Shown here: positions 40,004-52,739 of the stretch, piece by piece
Numbering within the stretch: position 1 is the stretch's first letter
How the letters are laid out: each line of letters starts with the position of its first letter
Assembly (NCBI GenBank): GCA_951406725.2
Contig: OX597822.1
Span: 41,912,001 to 41,976,000 of the forward strand
DNA from: Octopus vulgaris
Lineage: Eukaryota
Length of the DNA: 64,000 nt
Reading direction: 5' to 3'
Notes under the pieces: model-generated
The model's input: only the letters and a program-made list of their open reading frames with translations
What the model was told of the DNA's origin: nothing
The model's database searches: none
Position numbers and translations under genes: made by a program

Positions 40004-40680
40004 TTTTGTCTTTGGTCAGTAAGTATTATTTCCTATTTGTTTCTATCTGGAAATCAAATGAAATGACTACTATTCCCTTCAAACTTTGCTTTTGTGACCT
40101 GGACATCAATGTTTTGAAACTGACCTATTTCCCATTACATTTCAGACAGATTCAGTGCTGAGTTACTGAAGCAGAAATATCATTATAGCAAATATTCTGC
40201 TCAGTACCACTGAACTGTTTGTCAGTTGCTTGACCTTAACCACTTGAACATGTCCCTTAGTGGCTAACAATCGAGCTGGCAGAAATGTTAGCATGCCAGG
40301 CGAAATGCGTAGCCATATTTCGTCTGTCGTTGCGTTCCGAGTTCAAATTCCGCCAAGGTCGACTTTGCCTTTCATCCTTTCGGGGTCGATAAATTAAGTA
40401 CCAGTTATGCACTAGGGTCGATGTAATCGACTTAATTCCTTTGTCTGTCCTTGTTTGTTACCTCTGTGTTTGGCCCCTTGTGGGTAGTAAAGAAATAAAT
40501 ATATGTATCTCAGTTCATGGGCAGAAGTATTGGGGGTAGCATCATAGCCATGTGCTGAGAGGAATTCTTTGGGGTTTGAATAAATGTAACAAAAGCAAAG
40601 TTTGAAGGAAATATTAGCCACTTTTCAAATTTTCTAGGGGCAAGCAAATAGGAAATAACAGTTGCTACCCAAAGACAAAA
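40004..40680. mobile_element. Fold-back element (about 90-bp inverted ends) with nested retroposon fragments
   Basis: ttttgtctttgg..tatttcctatttg..ccttcaaactttgcttttgt / acaaaagcaaagtttgaagg..caaataggaaata..ccaaagacaaaa. The interior 40188-40582 matches 46490-46654 and is itself split by SINE C. Confidence 0.75.
40272..40497 (+). mobile_element. SINE family C, representative copy (core gcctttcatcctttcggggtcgataaattaagtaccag, Deu/Nin-domain-like)
   Basis: Head gagctggcagaa..gagttcaaattcc. Other copies at about 19800-19970 (+), 31460-31680 (+), 23890-24070 (-), 24160-24370 (-), 33950-34095 (-), 45820-46085 (-). The domain name is from recall and was not searched. Confidence 0.82.
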
Positions 40681-41342
40681 TTTGCGAATGCTATAACACT
40701 ACTCCTTCACTACAGGGCATACCAGTAATTATATGGTTATCCCCGTCATCTCTGTTATAGTGGCAGAATGGGTTAGTAGATGCAGTGAAGCTATCAGTAT
40801 CCAAGTCCTGATTTGTGGGTTCATATCTTACTATAAGTATTTCATTTTATGTGGTTCAAGGAAGGTGTATAATGTCTACCTGAAGGTTTTTTTAACTTAC
40901 CATTCATAAAGGCTAGGTTATGCTGTTGCAGTTCAGTATAATGTGTGTAGGGGACATGTGAACAGAAGACAGGGTCCAATTTGTTTCAGTTCTAGTCAGT
41001 AGGATATGGGGAAAATGTGCAGGTATAAGGGCTTTTGTAGCGGTGGGACACAACTTGTTGGCTTTGACAACGAAAGATTATTCCAGTGATAACAGAAGAG
41101 ACAACTGAAGAAAACAGTATGTTGAATTGTGTAAAGTTTGCAATCACACACACACACTCTTGTGCACACACACAAATGTGTGTGTGTGTAGGTATGGGTG
41201 CGTAGTTTGAAGTCTGCTTTCTGATGATATCTCCAGATTCAATCCCACTGTGTGGTGCTTAAGGCAAGCATCTTCTGCTATAGCTCTGAGTACCAACCAA
41301 AGTCTTGTGAACAGATTTGAAACACACTAGCCAAAAGAAGCT

Positions 41343-41394
<52 letters not shown>

Positions 41395-42850
41395 GTGTGT
41401 GTATGTGTTTTAAACTGTCACCTTGCCTTGACATCATGTGGAGGTTGTAAACAAAGTCACTGTCATGCAAACAATGTCCTTTGTTCCCAATCTCTCCATT
41501 ATGGGGAAATATTACTTTGCTTGGAAACAGGTGAGTGTTGGTGACAGGAAGGGCATCTGGCCTTAGGAAATCTGCCTCACAAAGTCTGTCCAACCTGTGT
41601 GAGCATGGAAAAATGAATGTTAAAATTATGATGATGAAATATATAGCCTGTAATGTGTGTGTGTAACAGCTACCCTATCCAGATATGTGAGTGGTATTGT
41701 GTGTGTGTGTGGGGGGGTAATTAAAGTGTGTTGCATCTTGTGGAATGCCATCGACTATTTTGACTGAGAGGGTTTCTGAAAATATACCGTCTGTGGTGCA
41801 GCTTTGGTTATATGTGATAATTCTTAATCATCAGAGATTGAGATGTAGCAAACACTTAGAGGATGTAGATAAGAGCTGAGGGGTAGGGCCCTACAGCATT
41901 ACCCACTATTGAGCTCTGATTGACCAGTTCTTTGATCAAAAGTGCTCTTGCTGGGACCCTGTTATTATTCGATATATTCAAGGACTAGATTATCAAAAAT
42001 TTGGCAGCCATTTCTAGCAGGCAGGGTGACTGCATAGAAATACCTTTGATGTTATGTGTAATAAAGAGGTGGTATCTTGAGACTGTTCAGAGCAAACCTC
42101 AATTCATATCACTGTTAGGAATAGATGTCAAATCATCTGGGAATGTTACCTGTGAGAGACTAGCGTATTATCTCAACAAAGTTTTATCTCTCATTCACTT
42201 CATTATATGAAAATGGAACTAAGTATTTTCTTTCAAGGGATTTACTATACCAGATGCAGAACACATTAGAATTATGGTATTCATACACCCACTTTATATC
42301 CACTCCCAGCTAAATATTTAAGATATATCCAACAACGATGGTTTATCTATGTGAATTCTGTCCTCTTATTTCTGTAGCCACCCCTTAAAATGTTAGGTAA
42401 AGCCAGTTGTGTGTGGATGGAGATCCTCAGCTGATAGTGTATCTGTTCTGATGTCTATATTTAGTAAACCAACTGTAGTAGGGAGAGGAATGACAAGACA
42501 TTGCTGACCTGTCAAATCAACAAATCTCAACACAGCCATAAGAAGCAATAAAGCAGAAAATTCTGGCCAAGCAAATATATTTTGGATGTGAAACGAATAT
42601 TATGAAACTTAAGGAATTTACCAGAAAGTTAATGACAGGAAATGTATTTTATTCCTATATTGAAGGAATATTCCATTTAGCAAATTAAACATTTATTAAA
42701 TATCATGGTAGCACACAACACACACACACACACACACAGAAACACACATTATATATATGTATCTTTTATATTTTACTTGTTTCAGTCTTTAGACTGCCAT
42801 CCTGGGGCATTGCCTTGAAGAATTTTTGATCAAATGAATTGCTTCCAGTA

Positions 42851-42891
<41 letters not shown>

Positions 42892-43712
42892 TCTTGGAGT
42901 GGTTGGCATTAGGAAGGGCATCCAGCTGTAGAAACTCTGCCAGATCAGGATTGGAGCCTGGTGCAGCCATCAGGTTCACCAGTCCTCAGTCAAATCGTCC
43001 AACTCATGCTAGCATGGAAAGCAAACGTTAAACGATCATGATAATGATGATGATATCGAGTCAGGTACTTATTCTACCTGCGTCATTTGCAGAACTTCGA
43101 AGTTACATGGACATAAACACACCAACACCATTTGTCAAGCAACGATGGGAGAGAAACAAAGACACACACACATGCATACATATACACAACAGTTTCCATC
43201 TACCAAATCCACTCACAAGGCTTTTGTCAGCCCAAGGCTACCATAGAAGACACTTGCCTGACCAAAGTGTCACGCAATGGGACTGAACCCAGAACCATGT
43301 GGTTGGGAAGCAAACTTCTTACCACTCAGCCATGCCCATGCCTATACACACACACAATATACAGTGATACTCTGTTGTTTGACCATGACAATCCAGTTGT
43401 TTAATCAGCTTAATAACTTGCTTTCGAATTAACATGTAGATGGCAGACACACACGCCCTTAATGTAATTCCAAGGCAGAATTAGCATGACTCAGTTTTTT
43501 TAATTACAGGGACAATCCAGCAAACAGGCTTCTATACAGTTTCCATTACCCAATTTCACTCACAAGGTTTGGTGGTGGTCAACCCATGGCTTGAGAAAAT
43601 GACATTTGTCCAAAATTTCACACAAGACCTTGTGGTTGTAATCTAAATATCTTAACCATTGCTGCATATATATGTATATACACATACACATATATATATA
43701 TACTCACATACA

Positions 43713-43750
<38 letters not shown>

Positions 43751-44133
43751 CATACAGACACATTTATCTATACATGTGTGTGTGTATGTATATATATATA
43801 TATATATACACACACACATGCATATCGACCCATACAAACATATATGCGTACAGACATCTATTTCTATCTCTAATAGGAAGTTCTTTCTATTAGAACTTAG
43901 AAAAAAATCAATCTTTTCTATTTGCTGTCATTACCACTGTCTCTCCTTGTCTCTCTCTCTCTCTGTTCTCTTTCTCTCACCCTCTCCTCTTTCAGTCTCT
44001 CTCTTTCTCTCTCCACATCACTGTGCCCACCTCCTATTACAATGTCACATCACTAAACACAATATTGACTGTCACAAACAACCTTGACAGATTCAAACGG
44101 AATTTGTGAAGAGAACCAATGAAATTTAACTCT

Positions 44134-44190
<57 letters not shown>

Positions 44191-45150
44191 TACATACATA
44201 TATACACATGCATAAATACTTTTTTCTTCAGCTATGTTATGCATGCACACACACACACACGCGCGCACATATATATATATGGGTGTGTGTGTGTATCTAA
44301 TCACATGCATAATTTGTGTTTGCACACGCTGGCGTAATCAGAAAAGAGAGTTCTCTTGTCAGATGTTTGTGTGTGGAGAGAGAGAGAGAGTGTGTGTGCA
44401 TGTGTGTGTGTGTGTATATAGTCTGTTCAAACTCTGAACTGCCTTGTACTGAAGATATGAGATTAGCAATGACACATGGTGTAGCAGAGATATCTGCTGT
44501 TCCAAGTTTACTTCACCACTAGGAATTATGGGACATCATCATCATCATCATCATCACAACCACAGATACTAACATTAAACACCAGCATCATAATAATGGA
44601 TTCTATTCTTATCCATTGAATTCTCTCCTGCTTCTTGGGGCCTTTCATTGACTACCCTCAGTTTACACCAGATACTTTGATGTGTGTGTGTGTGTGTGTG
44701 TAGTCTATCTTTCTATCTCCTTAACAAGATGTCCAACCCTACCAAGTTCCATGATTGTTGATGTAAGTCAACAACAACTCTACAATCAGCTGTTGGGAGT
44801 GGCTATCGCTCCACCCTCACCTACATTTTGTACATCGAGTGGGGAATTGAGGAGGTGGGAGGATGTTTGCCCTCCCCCCCTTACTACCACCCCGTCCTAC
44901 CTCACTCTGTAACAGTGACAAGAGTCAGTCCTAGTTAACTGCACAGCAGCAGAAAACTAATGCCTTTAATATAAGAAAACATGCAGTTATAAAGGGTGGT
45001 GGTGGCAGTGTTGGTGCTGTTGGTCCATCCTCCAGGAGTTCTATCTTCTCTTCACCAGAACTCTCTATGTTGGCTCCCCCATGTCTAGCTTATCACACAC
45101 ACATCTGTTCAAAGTGCATATTAAGTCATTCATAACCCTGACCAAACCCC

Positions 45151-45193
<43 letters not shown>

Positions 45194-48100
45194 ACACACA
45201 CACACCTAATCCTCACATACTCTCTAACTTATGGCATTTGAAACCCATTAGAGAACGTCTCCCCCCACCATTCTCCCTCCCTGCATCGCCACCCTCATCC
45301 CAACACCACTGAGGCAAGAGAGGGGGTGAGGGGGTATTCTCAAATGTCAACAAGACAAAATCTTGATTAAATAATAAGCAAGTATCTCCAGACCCAAGAA
45401 ATGTTCAGTTTCTTCTCTCTGGCCTACTTTCTTACTCAACTACATCATCATATCATCATCATCATCTTAATCACCATGGTCGTCATTTTAATCATCATCG
45501 TCGTCGTCGTCATCATCATCATAATATCCATTTCTACACTTGCATGGTTCATGTTGTTGTTGCTGCTGTTGTTGTTGTTTGACTGACTTCTCTTACTCAG
45601 CTGTTCACTTCAAAGAAACTACAGCAATGGAAACATAAAAAGTTTCTGGTTCAGTCTTGTGACTTTTGACTGAATTTAGTGTTACTGGAGAATTTAAAGT
45701 AGAGTTGTGTCTGTTAAATACTTCTAACACCACCCTCCCCACCACCCTTTTCTGCTGAGGTACTCCAGTCCTTACACCTTCTCCCTGCACCACCCAACCC
45801 CGCTCCTTCACTGTACCCAACAAAAAGGATGGAAGGTAAAGTTGACCTTGGCAGTATTTTGTCCAGTTTGCTAACAGTTCTTATTTCTTCATTGCCCAGA
45901 AGGGGCTTTAAACACAGAGGGGACAAACAAGGACAGACAAAGTGATTAAGTCGATTACATCAACCCCAGTGTGTAACTGGTTCTTAATTTATCGACCCCG
46001 AAAGGATGAAAGGCAAAGTCAACCTCAATACTCCTAAGCCTTTCGCCCAGCATGCTAACGTTTCTGCCAGCTCACTGCCTTAACACTTCTGTCAGTTTGG
46101 CCACCTTGATGATAATGATGATGATAATAATAATAATTAATTCTTTTATTAGCCACAAGGGCTTACATAAAACAACATAAAATGATATGACGCAACATAA
46201 AAGACAAGACAATACAAAGGATTTTACAACATGTAAACATTAGAAAACAATAAAAAATAAAACAGCGTGAATCTCCCAATAGGAGGAGGTGCTTTAAGGT
46301 TCTTTGTGGAAAAATCCACAAAAGCAACAGGTATCAGAGCAACAGGGCAAGAGCCCTTCTTTTATTTTTTCACAGGTGTATGCTCAGAATTGATACCATA
46401 CCTGGCAGTGGCTCTCATGGCTTTTGATCTTAACTGATTGGAAGTGTTATCATGTACATTGTTTTGTCTTGGTATAAAAGATGGGCTACAGCAAATATTC
46501 TGCTCAATACCATGGAATTTCTTGTCCATTGTTTGACCTTAACCAGTTGAGCATGTCCCTTAGTGGCTGACAATATGTGCATCTCTGATCACGAGCAGAA
46601 GTAGTTGGGGAGTATCATAGCTATGTATTGAGAGGGATTCTTTGGGGTTTGAATAATTCACCCTTGGAAAAATGAGTGTTTCATTCATCATCCTTAAGCA
46701 AACCTTATTCCGGGACCTTTTGTGCAGGATGGGACTATTCTGCTTGAAGAAAATTCTAACTAGGCTCACCTGTAAGGTCACACACTATTTGACTTGGTAT
46801 GAGGTCACACATATGGTTGTGATGCATGTGCCTGATGTACCCTTATCAGATGGGTAGTCATGATGGGCTTCATATATTTGTACCCCATTATCACTTAGGT
46901 GGCATGCATTGCTCTCTCACTCAATAATAATAATAGTAATAATAGTAGTAGTCATGATTAATGCAATTGGTTATTATTAGATGTTAGCAAATGAAAAGGT
47001 GGGATTGTTAACCACAGTTCTGCCACTGGTAGGACTGTGAACCATGTATCCATGAGTTACCTGCTTTACATTGGTACTTCTCATACTGTTCTATTTACAT
47101 TTTCATTAATTAATTCTTAATCAATTTCCTGTGGGTGTTGGTTTGAGTAAATGGACATATCAAAAATTTTGATTTTTTTTTCCTTTGTTGCTGTTGTTTT
47201 TCTTTTCAGGAACTTGATTAAAAGTAAAGGTTGATTGAAGGGAACTGAGGCTTAGCAACAGGCAAGATATAATGGAAAGGTTATCAAACTCAGGCCCATT
47301 TTATTCATGATTGCGGGGGGGAGGGAAACCACCTGTAGAGGAAACTGGAAGTGGGGGAGTTAGGTGGGGGGCAGCATCACTGCAAATGTGAGAGGGGTCA
47401 TACAGCTTTAGAGAGTGTGGGGAAGATGTAAAGCATAAGAGAGGAATTCTATATGTATAATAATGGTGGTGATGGTAATAACTACAAGTCTGTAATTAAA
47501 TTACAGAAGAGATTCCATGTAGTATTGGTTGTTATGGTAGTGGTGATTCTAGGATTACAATAATGATAGAATGTTATGGACTTTAGTTGGTATTGTTTTT
47601 AAATTCTATATTACAATTGAAGGAAAATAGGTTTATTGGTTTCCAAGAAATTAATCAAAGGTTCACTAAATTGATAAGGGAATCTCTCTGTAAGTGATAA
47701 GGGAATCTCTGTAACAAAGTGCAGAACAAATGTCACCAGAGGCTTCATTTTAAAAGCACCAGTTTTTCATTTTCTGCACAAGGTTTACACACACAAACAC
47801 GCACACACATTTATAAACTTGCCTGAGAGAAACAAGAGACCAACTTGACCAAAATAAAAGTGTTTTGTACATCCAGCTGTAGAAACTCTGCCAGATCAGA
47901 TTGGAGCCTAGTGCAGCCATCTGGTTCGCCAGTCCTCAGTAAAATCGCCCAACCCATGCTAGCATGGAAAGCGGACGTTAAACAATGATGATGATAATGT
48001 GTGTATGTGTAGGCACAGGAGTGGCTGTATGGTAAGTAGCTTGCTTACCAACCATATGGTTCTGGGTTCAGTCCCACTTGCATGGCACCTTGGGCAAGTG

Positions 48101-48317
48101 TCTTCTACTATAGCCTCAGGCTGACCAAAGCCTTGTGAGTGGATCTGGTAGACGGAAACTGAAAAGAAGCCCATTGTATATATGTGTGTGTTCCCTTCAC
48201 CATTGATTGACAACCGATGCAGGTGCGTTTATGTCCCCATAACTTAGCGGTTCGGCAAAAGAGACCGATAGAATAAGTACTAGGCTTACAAAGAATAAAT
48301 CCTGGGAAAGGCGGTGC

Positions 48318-49237
48318 GGATCTGTTCCATCTCAATCACAGATTTTTTAATTAATTTTTTTTTAACTGAACAGCTTGAAACTTCGAATACTGGTAGAATT
48401 TCTCATACAGAACATGGATTACTGTGACTGTTTTTGACAAAATTTCCTATTTCAGAAGTTATTTCATGTTGGTTGGCATCCTTTTTGTCTCGGGAGACAG
48501 TCATATTTGGGTAATTTCAACCAATCAACAACGTGTATTCAGTTGAAGAAAGCTACTGCTGTTTGCAATAGTAATCAAAGAGGAATAACTTCCAGATCAT
48601 CTCTACTAAATGTCACCTTCATCCTTTCTTCCTTTCTAGTCAGCACCATGCATTCCTTACTCTTTCCCACTCTTCTACACTATCAACTAGCAACCAGTGA
48701 GCGAACTTGTCACTGCCACTACAGTTACCGTATTTTCCAGTGTATAAGCCGCTATTTGTTTTGTTTTACCTTCGTGTTTTTTATCTAACAAAGACTTTTA
48801 TATTGATGAAATGTGTTTGTTGTTGATTATAGTAAAAGAAAATCATGACAATAATACATCTCATATTTGTAAAATAAAGCATTTTCAAACTACATATACA
48901 TTAATAACTAATAGCGAGCTCCGGACTCATTGCTCTATGGTGTTGATTCTTCGAATAGAGTGGTTGACATTAAGTAGAGATGACCTAGAAGTTGTCCCTC
49001 ATTGATTACTATCACAAACTGCAATAGCTTTCTTCAACCAAATACATGTCATTGATTGGTTGAAATTACCCAAATACGACAACTTTAACACGAAATAACT
49101 TCTAAAATAAGAAATTTTGTCAAGAATGTTCAGAGTAAACCATGTTCTGCATGAGAAATTCTACCAGTATTCGAAGCTTCAAACTGCATAGTTAAAAAAA
49201 AATTAATTTAAAAATCTGATTGAGATGGAATAGATGC
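48318..49237. mobile_element. About 920-bp fold-back DNA element (long-TIR MITE) inserted into a family A SINE tail
   Basis: Arms at about 48318-48615 and 48965-49237 are inverted (ggatctgttccatctcaatc / gattgagatggaatagatgc). The SINE consensus aaggcggtgc..gcatggctgcagtcaaatg is split around it. Confidence 0.88.
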
Positions 49238-49954
49238 ATGGCTGCAGTCAAATGTCTGAAACAAGTAAAAGAAAAGAATACAGACACACAGAGGCACGGT
49301 TATCATATTCTAATCATTAAGGCATTACCCAGCTCAGGGCTCTATGGTAGATAGAACACAGTTGTCCAAAATGTCCCACAGCGGGATCAAATCTGGAACC
49401 ACATGGCTTTGAATTGAACTTCTTTACCACATATCCATAAAGATATATGGATGGGTGCCATAGTGTTGATGGTAATAGGAGCTGTATTGTAGAGTTTAAG
49501 TCAATTTCAACAATATTAGGACACACACATACTCTCTGGCAGTTTATCAATATTTCCTTCGATGTTCACACACACATGTATCCTCAGTTCTATATCCTCA
49601 CCCTCCAAAGTCCTCACTTATCATTACTCACCTCACACTCCATCCCTAGGTTGACATTAAAGTGAGATGGAGATTATAATGCTGATGATGGTTTGTGGAA
49701 AAGTAAGATGGCAATGGGAGTTAGATTGCTGAAAATACTGGCAGGATGTTTTCTTAGATAAGATAACTACTCTACTTTTACACAGGCTTTCCCTATCTAT
49801 CTACATCTATCTATCTATCTCTTATCTATGTATATCTGTCTTTCTGTCCATATTTAACACACTATATCCATATCTGTTTATCTATATCTATCTATCCATC
49901 CATTTATTTGTATCTCTTTTCCTTAAATGTATGCAAGTATGTATGTTTATGTAT

Positions 49955-50383
49955 TCGGGGTCAGATTAAGACCTATTAGAGGCCCTAAGCACTTCAAAGA
50001 TTTTGGTGCCCTGATATATATGTAATTCAAAATATAAACAATGTTAACCCATAAAATAGATTTATATTTTTTAAAATGAAATAAAACTGACAGTAAGATG
50101 GAAAATAATGTTTATTTTTGTGTGCTTCCACTTCATTTATATTTGAAAAATTTTCTCATAACTTTTTGTTTTTTTATTGCAAAGTCTTTGAGGAGATCCT
50201 CACTATGACACGATGAACACTTTGAAATTATATTTCTGATCATACAAACCACTTTAAATATTATTTTAGCAAATTTAAAGTGATTTCTTTTGTGCCATAA
50301 ACCATTTACCATTTCAGTGGTGCCCTACTTTCCCTTGATGTCCTAAGCATGTACTTATTTTGCTTAATAGTTAATTCAGCATT
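49955..50383. mobile_element. Degenerate hAT (Tip100-like) MITE
   Basis: Ends ggggtcagattaagacc..ggccctaagcac / cctaagcat..ttaattcagca resemble CAGGGCCGGATTAA..TTAATCCGGCACTG termini. Confidence 0.5.
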
Positions 50384-50947
50384 ATATATATATATATAAC
50401 ACTATCGTTCTCTTCAAACTTATCTTTTCTGGCTATAGATGATGTGCCTTTATACACTCCATCAAACCATTGCAAACATGGAAATGTGGTTATTAAAACA
50501 ATAAAAATGATAAAAGACAATGATGGCTATATATATATATATATATTTATAAACACGCACACACAGATATATATGTGTATATATGTATGTATAGGTGCAG
50601 GTGTGGCCGTGAGGTAAGAAGCTTGCTTCTCAACGGCATGGTTCCAGGTTCAGTCCCATTGCATGGCAACTTGGGCAAGTGTCTTCTACTCTAACCTTGA
50701 ACCAATCAAAGCCTTGTGAGTGGATTTGGTAGACAGAAAAAGAAAGATACTTGTCAAATATATATATATGTATGTGTGTATATATCATCATCATCATCAT
50801 TTAGCGTCCGCTTTCCATGCTAGCATGGGTTGGACGGTTCAACTGGGGTCTGTGAAGCTGGAAGGCTTCGTCAGGCCCAGTCAGATCTGGCAGTGTTTCT
50901 ACGGCTGGATGCCCTTTCTAACGCCAACCACTCCATGAGTGTAGTGA

Positions 50948-50981
<34 letters not shown>

Positions 50982-51368
50982 TGTATATGTGTGTGAGTGT
51001 CTTTGTGTTTGCATTTGTACCACCATCACCGCTTGACAACTGATGTTGATGTGTTTAAGTCCCCCATAATTTAGCAGTTCAGTAAAAGATAGAATAAGTT
51101 CTAGACTTTAAAAAATGTCCTGGGGTCGATTTGTTTGACTAAAACCTTTGAAGACAGTACTCCAGCATGGCCACAATCAACTGACTGAAACAAGTAAAAG
51201 AATAAAAGCAGATATACATCTTGACATTGCAATGGCAGTCTGTAAACAAGTATTTCTGGCATATAAGTGGGAGTGTTCATTTCCAATCTTCCATGAAAAT
51301 TGGTTAGGGTTGGCATCATGAAGGGCATCCAGCTATAGAAAATCTGCTCCAATGAACCCCATCTAACC

Positions 51369-51705
51369 CAGTGGTTCTCAACCTGGATCCATATGGCCCC
51401 TGAGGATTCATGTAAGATTTTGGAGGTCCAAACAGCACAATAGTATTTTAAGGGCCCCTGAAAAAAATTTGGCTTCTGATGTATGTATTGGTATATGTTG
51501 CAAGAAGCAACTAGGTTTCTTTCTCTAACACAGATCTTTCTCTTTTACATAGATCAACCTATACAAGTTAATGAGAGAAAAGCAAAATAGGAATTTTTAA
51601 AATTTCTATAAAACTAGTTTTCAAAAATTGAATAGCTGTTGGGGTCCATCAGAATATAATAGTAATCAAAGGGGTCCATAGATACAAAAAGGTTGAGAGC
51701 CCCTG
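51369..51705. mobile_element. hAT (Charlie-like) MITE
   Basis: TIRs cagtggttctcaacc / ggttgagagcccctg; 8-bp TSD atctaacc / atctaact. It interrupts a family B tail. Confidence 0.88.
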
Positions 51706-51807
51706 ATCTAACTCATGCAAACAAGGAAAAGATGATGTGTGTTCCTGTGCATGCATGTGTTTGTGTATACATATGTATAAGTGTGTGTGTGTATATATAT
51801 ATAAATG

Positions 51808-52000
51808 TGACCACGTGTGTACCATTGGCAATTTTTTTCCTCTGTCTTCCCTTCTTTGGATCTTTCCTTTTCCTATGTTTCTGACGAAGAGCTCCACTCG
51901 AAACGTTAAACCCTCCTTCTTTCCTGAGCGTCCAATAATACTATACTTGTTCTACGTCCTTGTGTTGTTATGTTTTCTCTTTGTGTTTTCATGTTTAGAT

Positions 52001-52004
<4 letters not shown>
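51808..52004 (+). mobile_element. Short hammerhead-bearing element ending in (TA)n
   Basis: Contains the hammerhead at 51877-51911. Its 3' part (ttcctgagcgtccaataatactatacttgttctacgtccttgtgttgtt) recurs at 37967-38040, also running into (TA)n. A related minus-strand element lies at about 10490-10645. Confidence 0.7.
51877..51911 (+). ncRNA. Minimal hammerhead ribozyme motif
   Basis: GTTT CTGACGA A GAG-ctcca-CTC GAAA CG TT AAAC: stem I GTTT/AAAC, intact core, stem II GAG/CTC, palindromic ACGT stem III, triplet GUU (after 51907). Confidence 0.75.
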
Positions 52005-52061
<57 letters not shown>

Positions 52062-52695
52062 GTGTATTTGCATACTTATATATATATATATATATACACA
52101 CATACAAACAAACAAGTGAGTAAATAGCAAAAAAAAAAAAAATGTGGCACTCATCATATTTGGCTGGAATTTACACATATTTAATAAGAGTTTGACTCAA
52201 CTCCATATGACTTAAAATTTCATAGGCACATGCAATACTTGGCTGATATTCAATATCAGCTGAGTAGACTGGAATAATCTGAAATGAAGTGCATTCCTCA
52301 AAGATGACAACATATTGCCTGGCCCAGAAATTGAACCTATAACTTTTTGATCATCAGGCCAGTCAGGTCAACATCCTTATCATTAAGTCATATATCTTAA
52401 CACACATGTATGCACATATGTGTATGTATTGTGTATATATGTATCTATCTATGTGTGTGTGTGTATTCTTTTATTTGTTTCAGTCATTTGACTGCAGCCA
52501 TGCTGGAGCACTGCCTTTAGTCGAACAAATCAACCCCGGGACTTATTATCTGTAAGCCTGGTACTTATTCTATTGGTCTCTTTTGCCGAATTACTAAGTT
52601 TATGGGTGCATGAACACACCAACATCGGTTGTCAAGCGATAGTGGGGGGACAAACACAGATGCACAAACATATACACATATATATACATACACAC

Positions 52696-52739
<44 letters not shown>

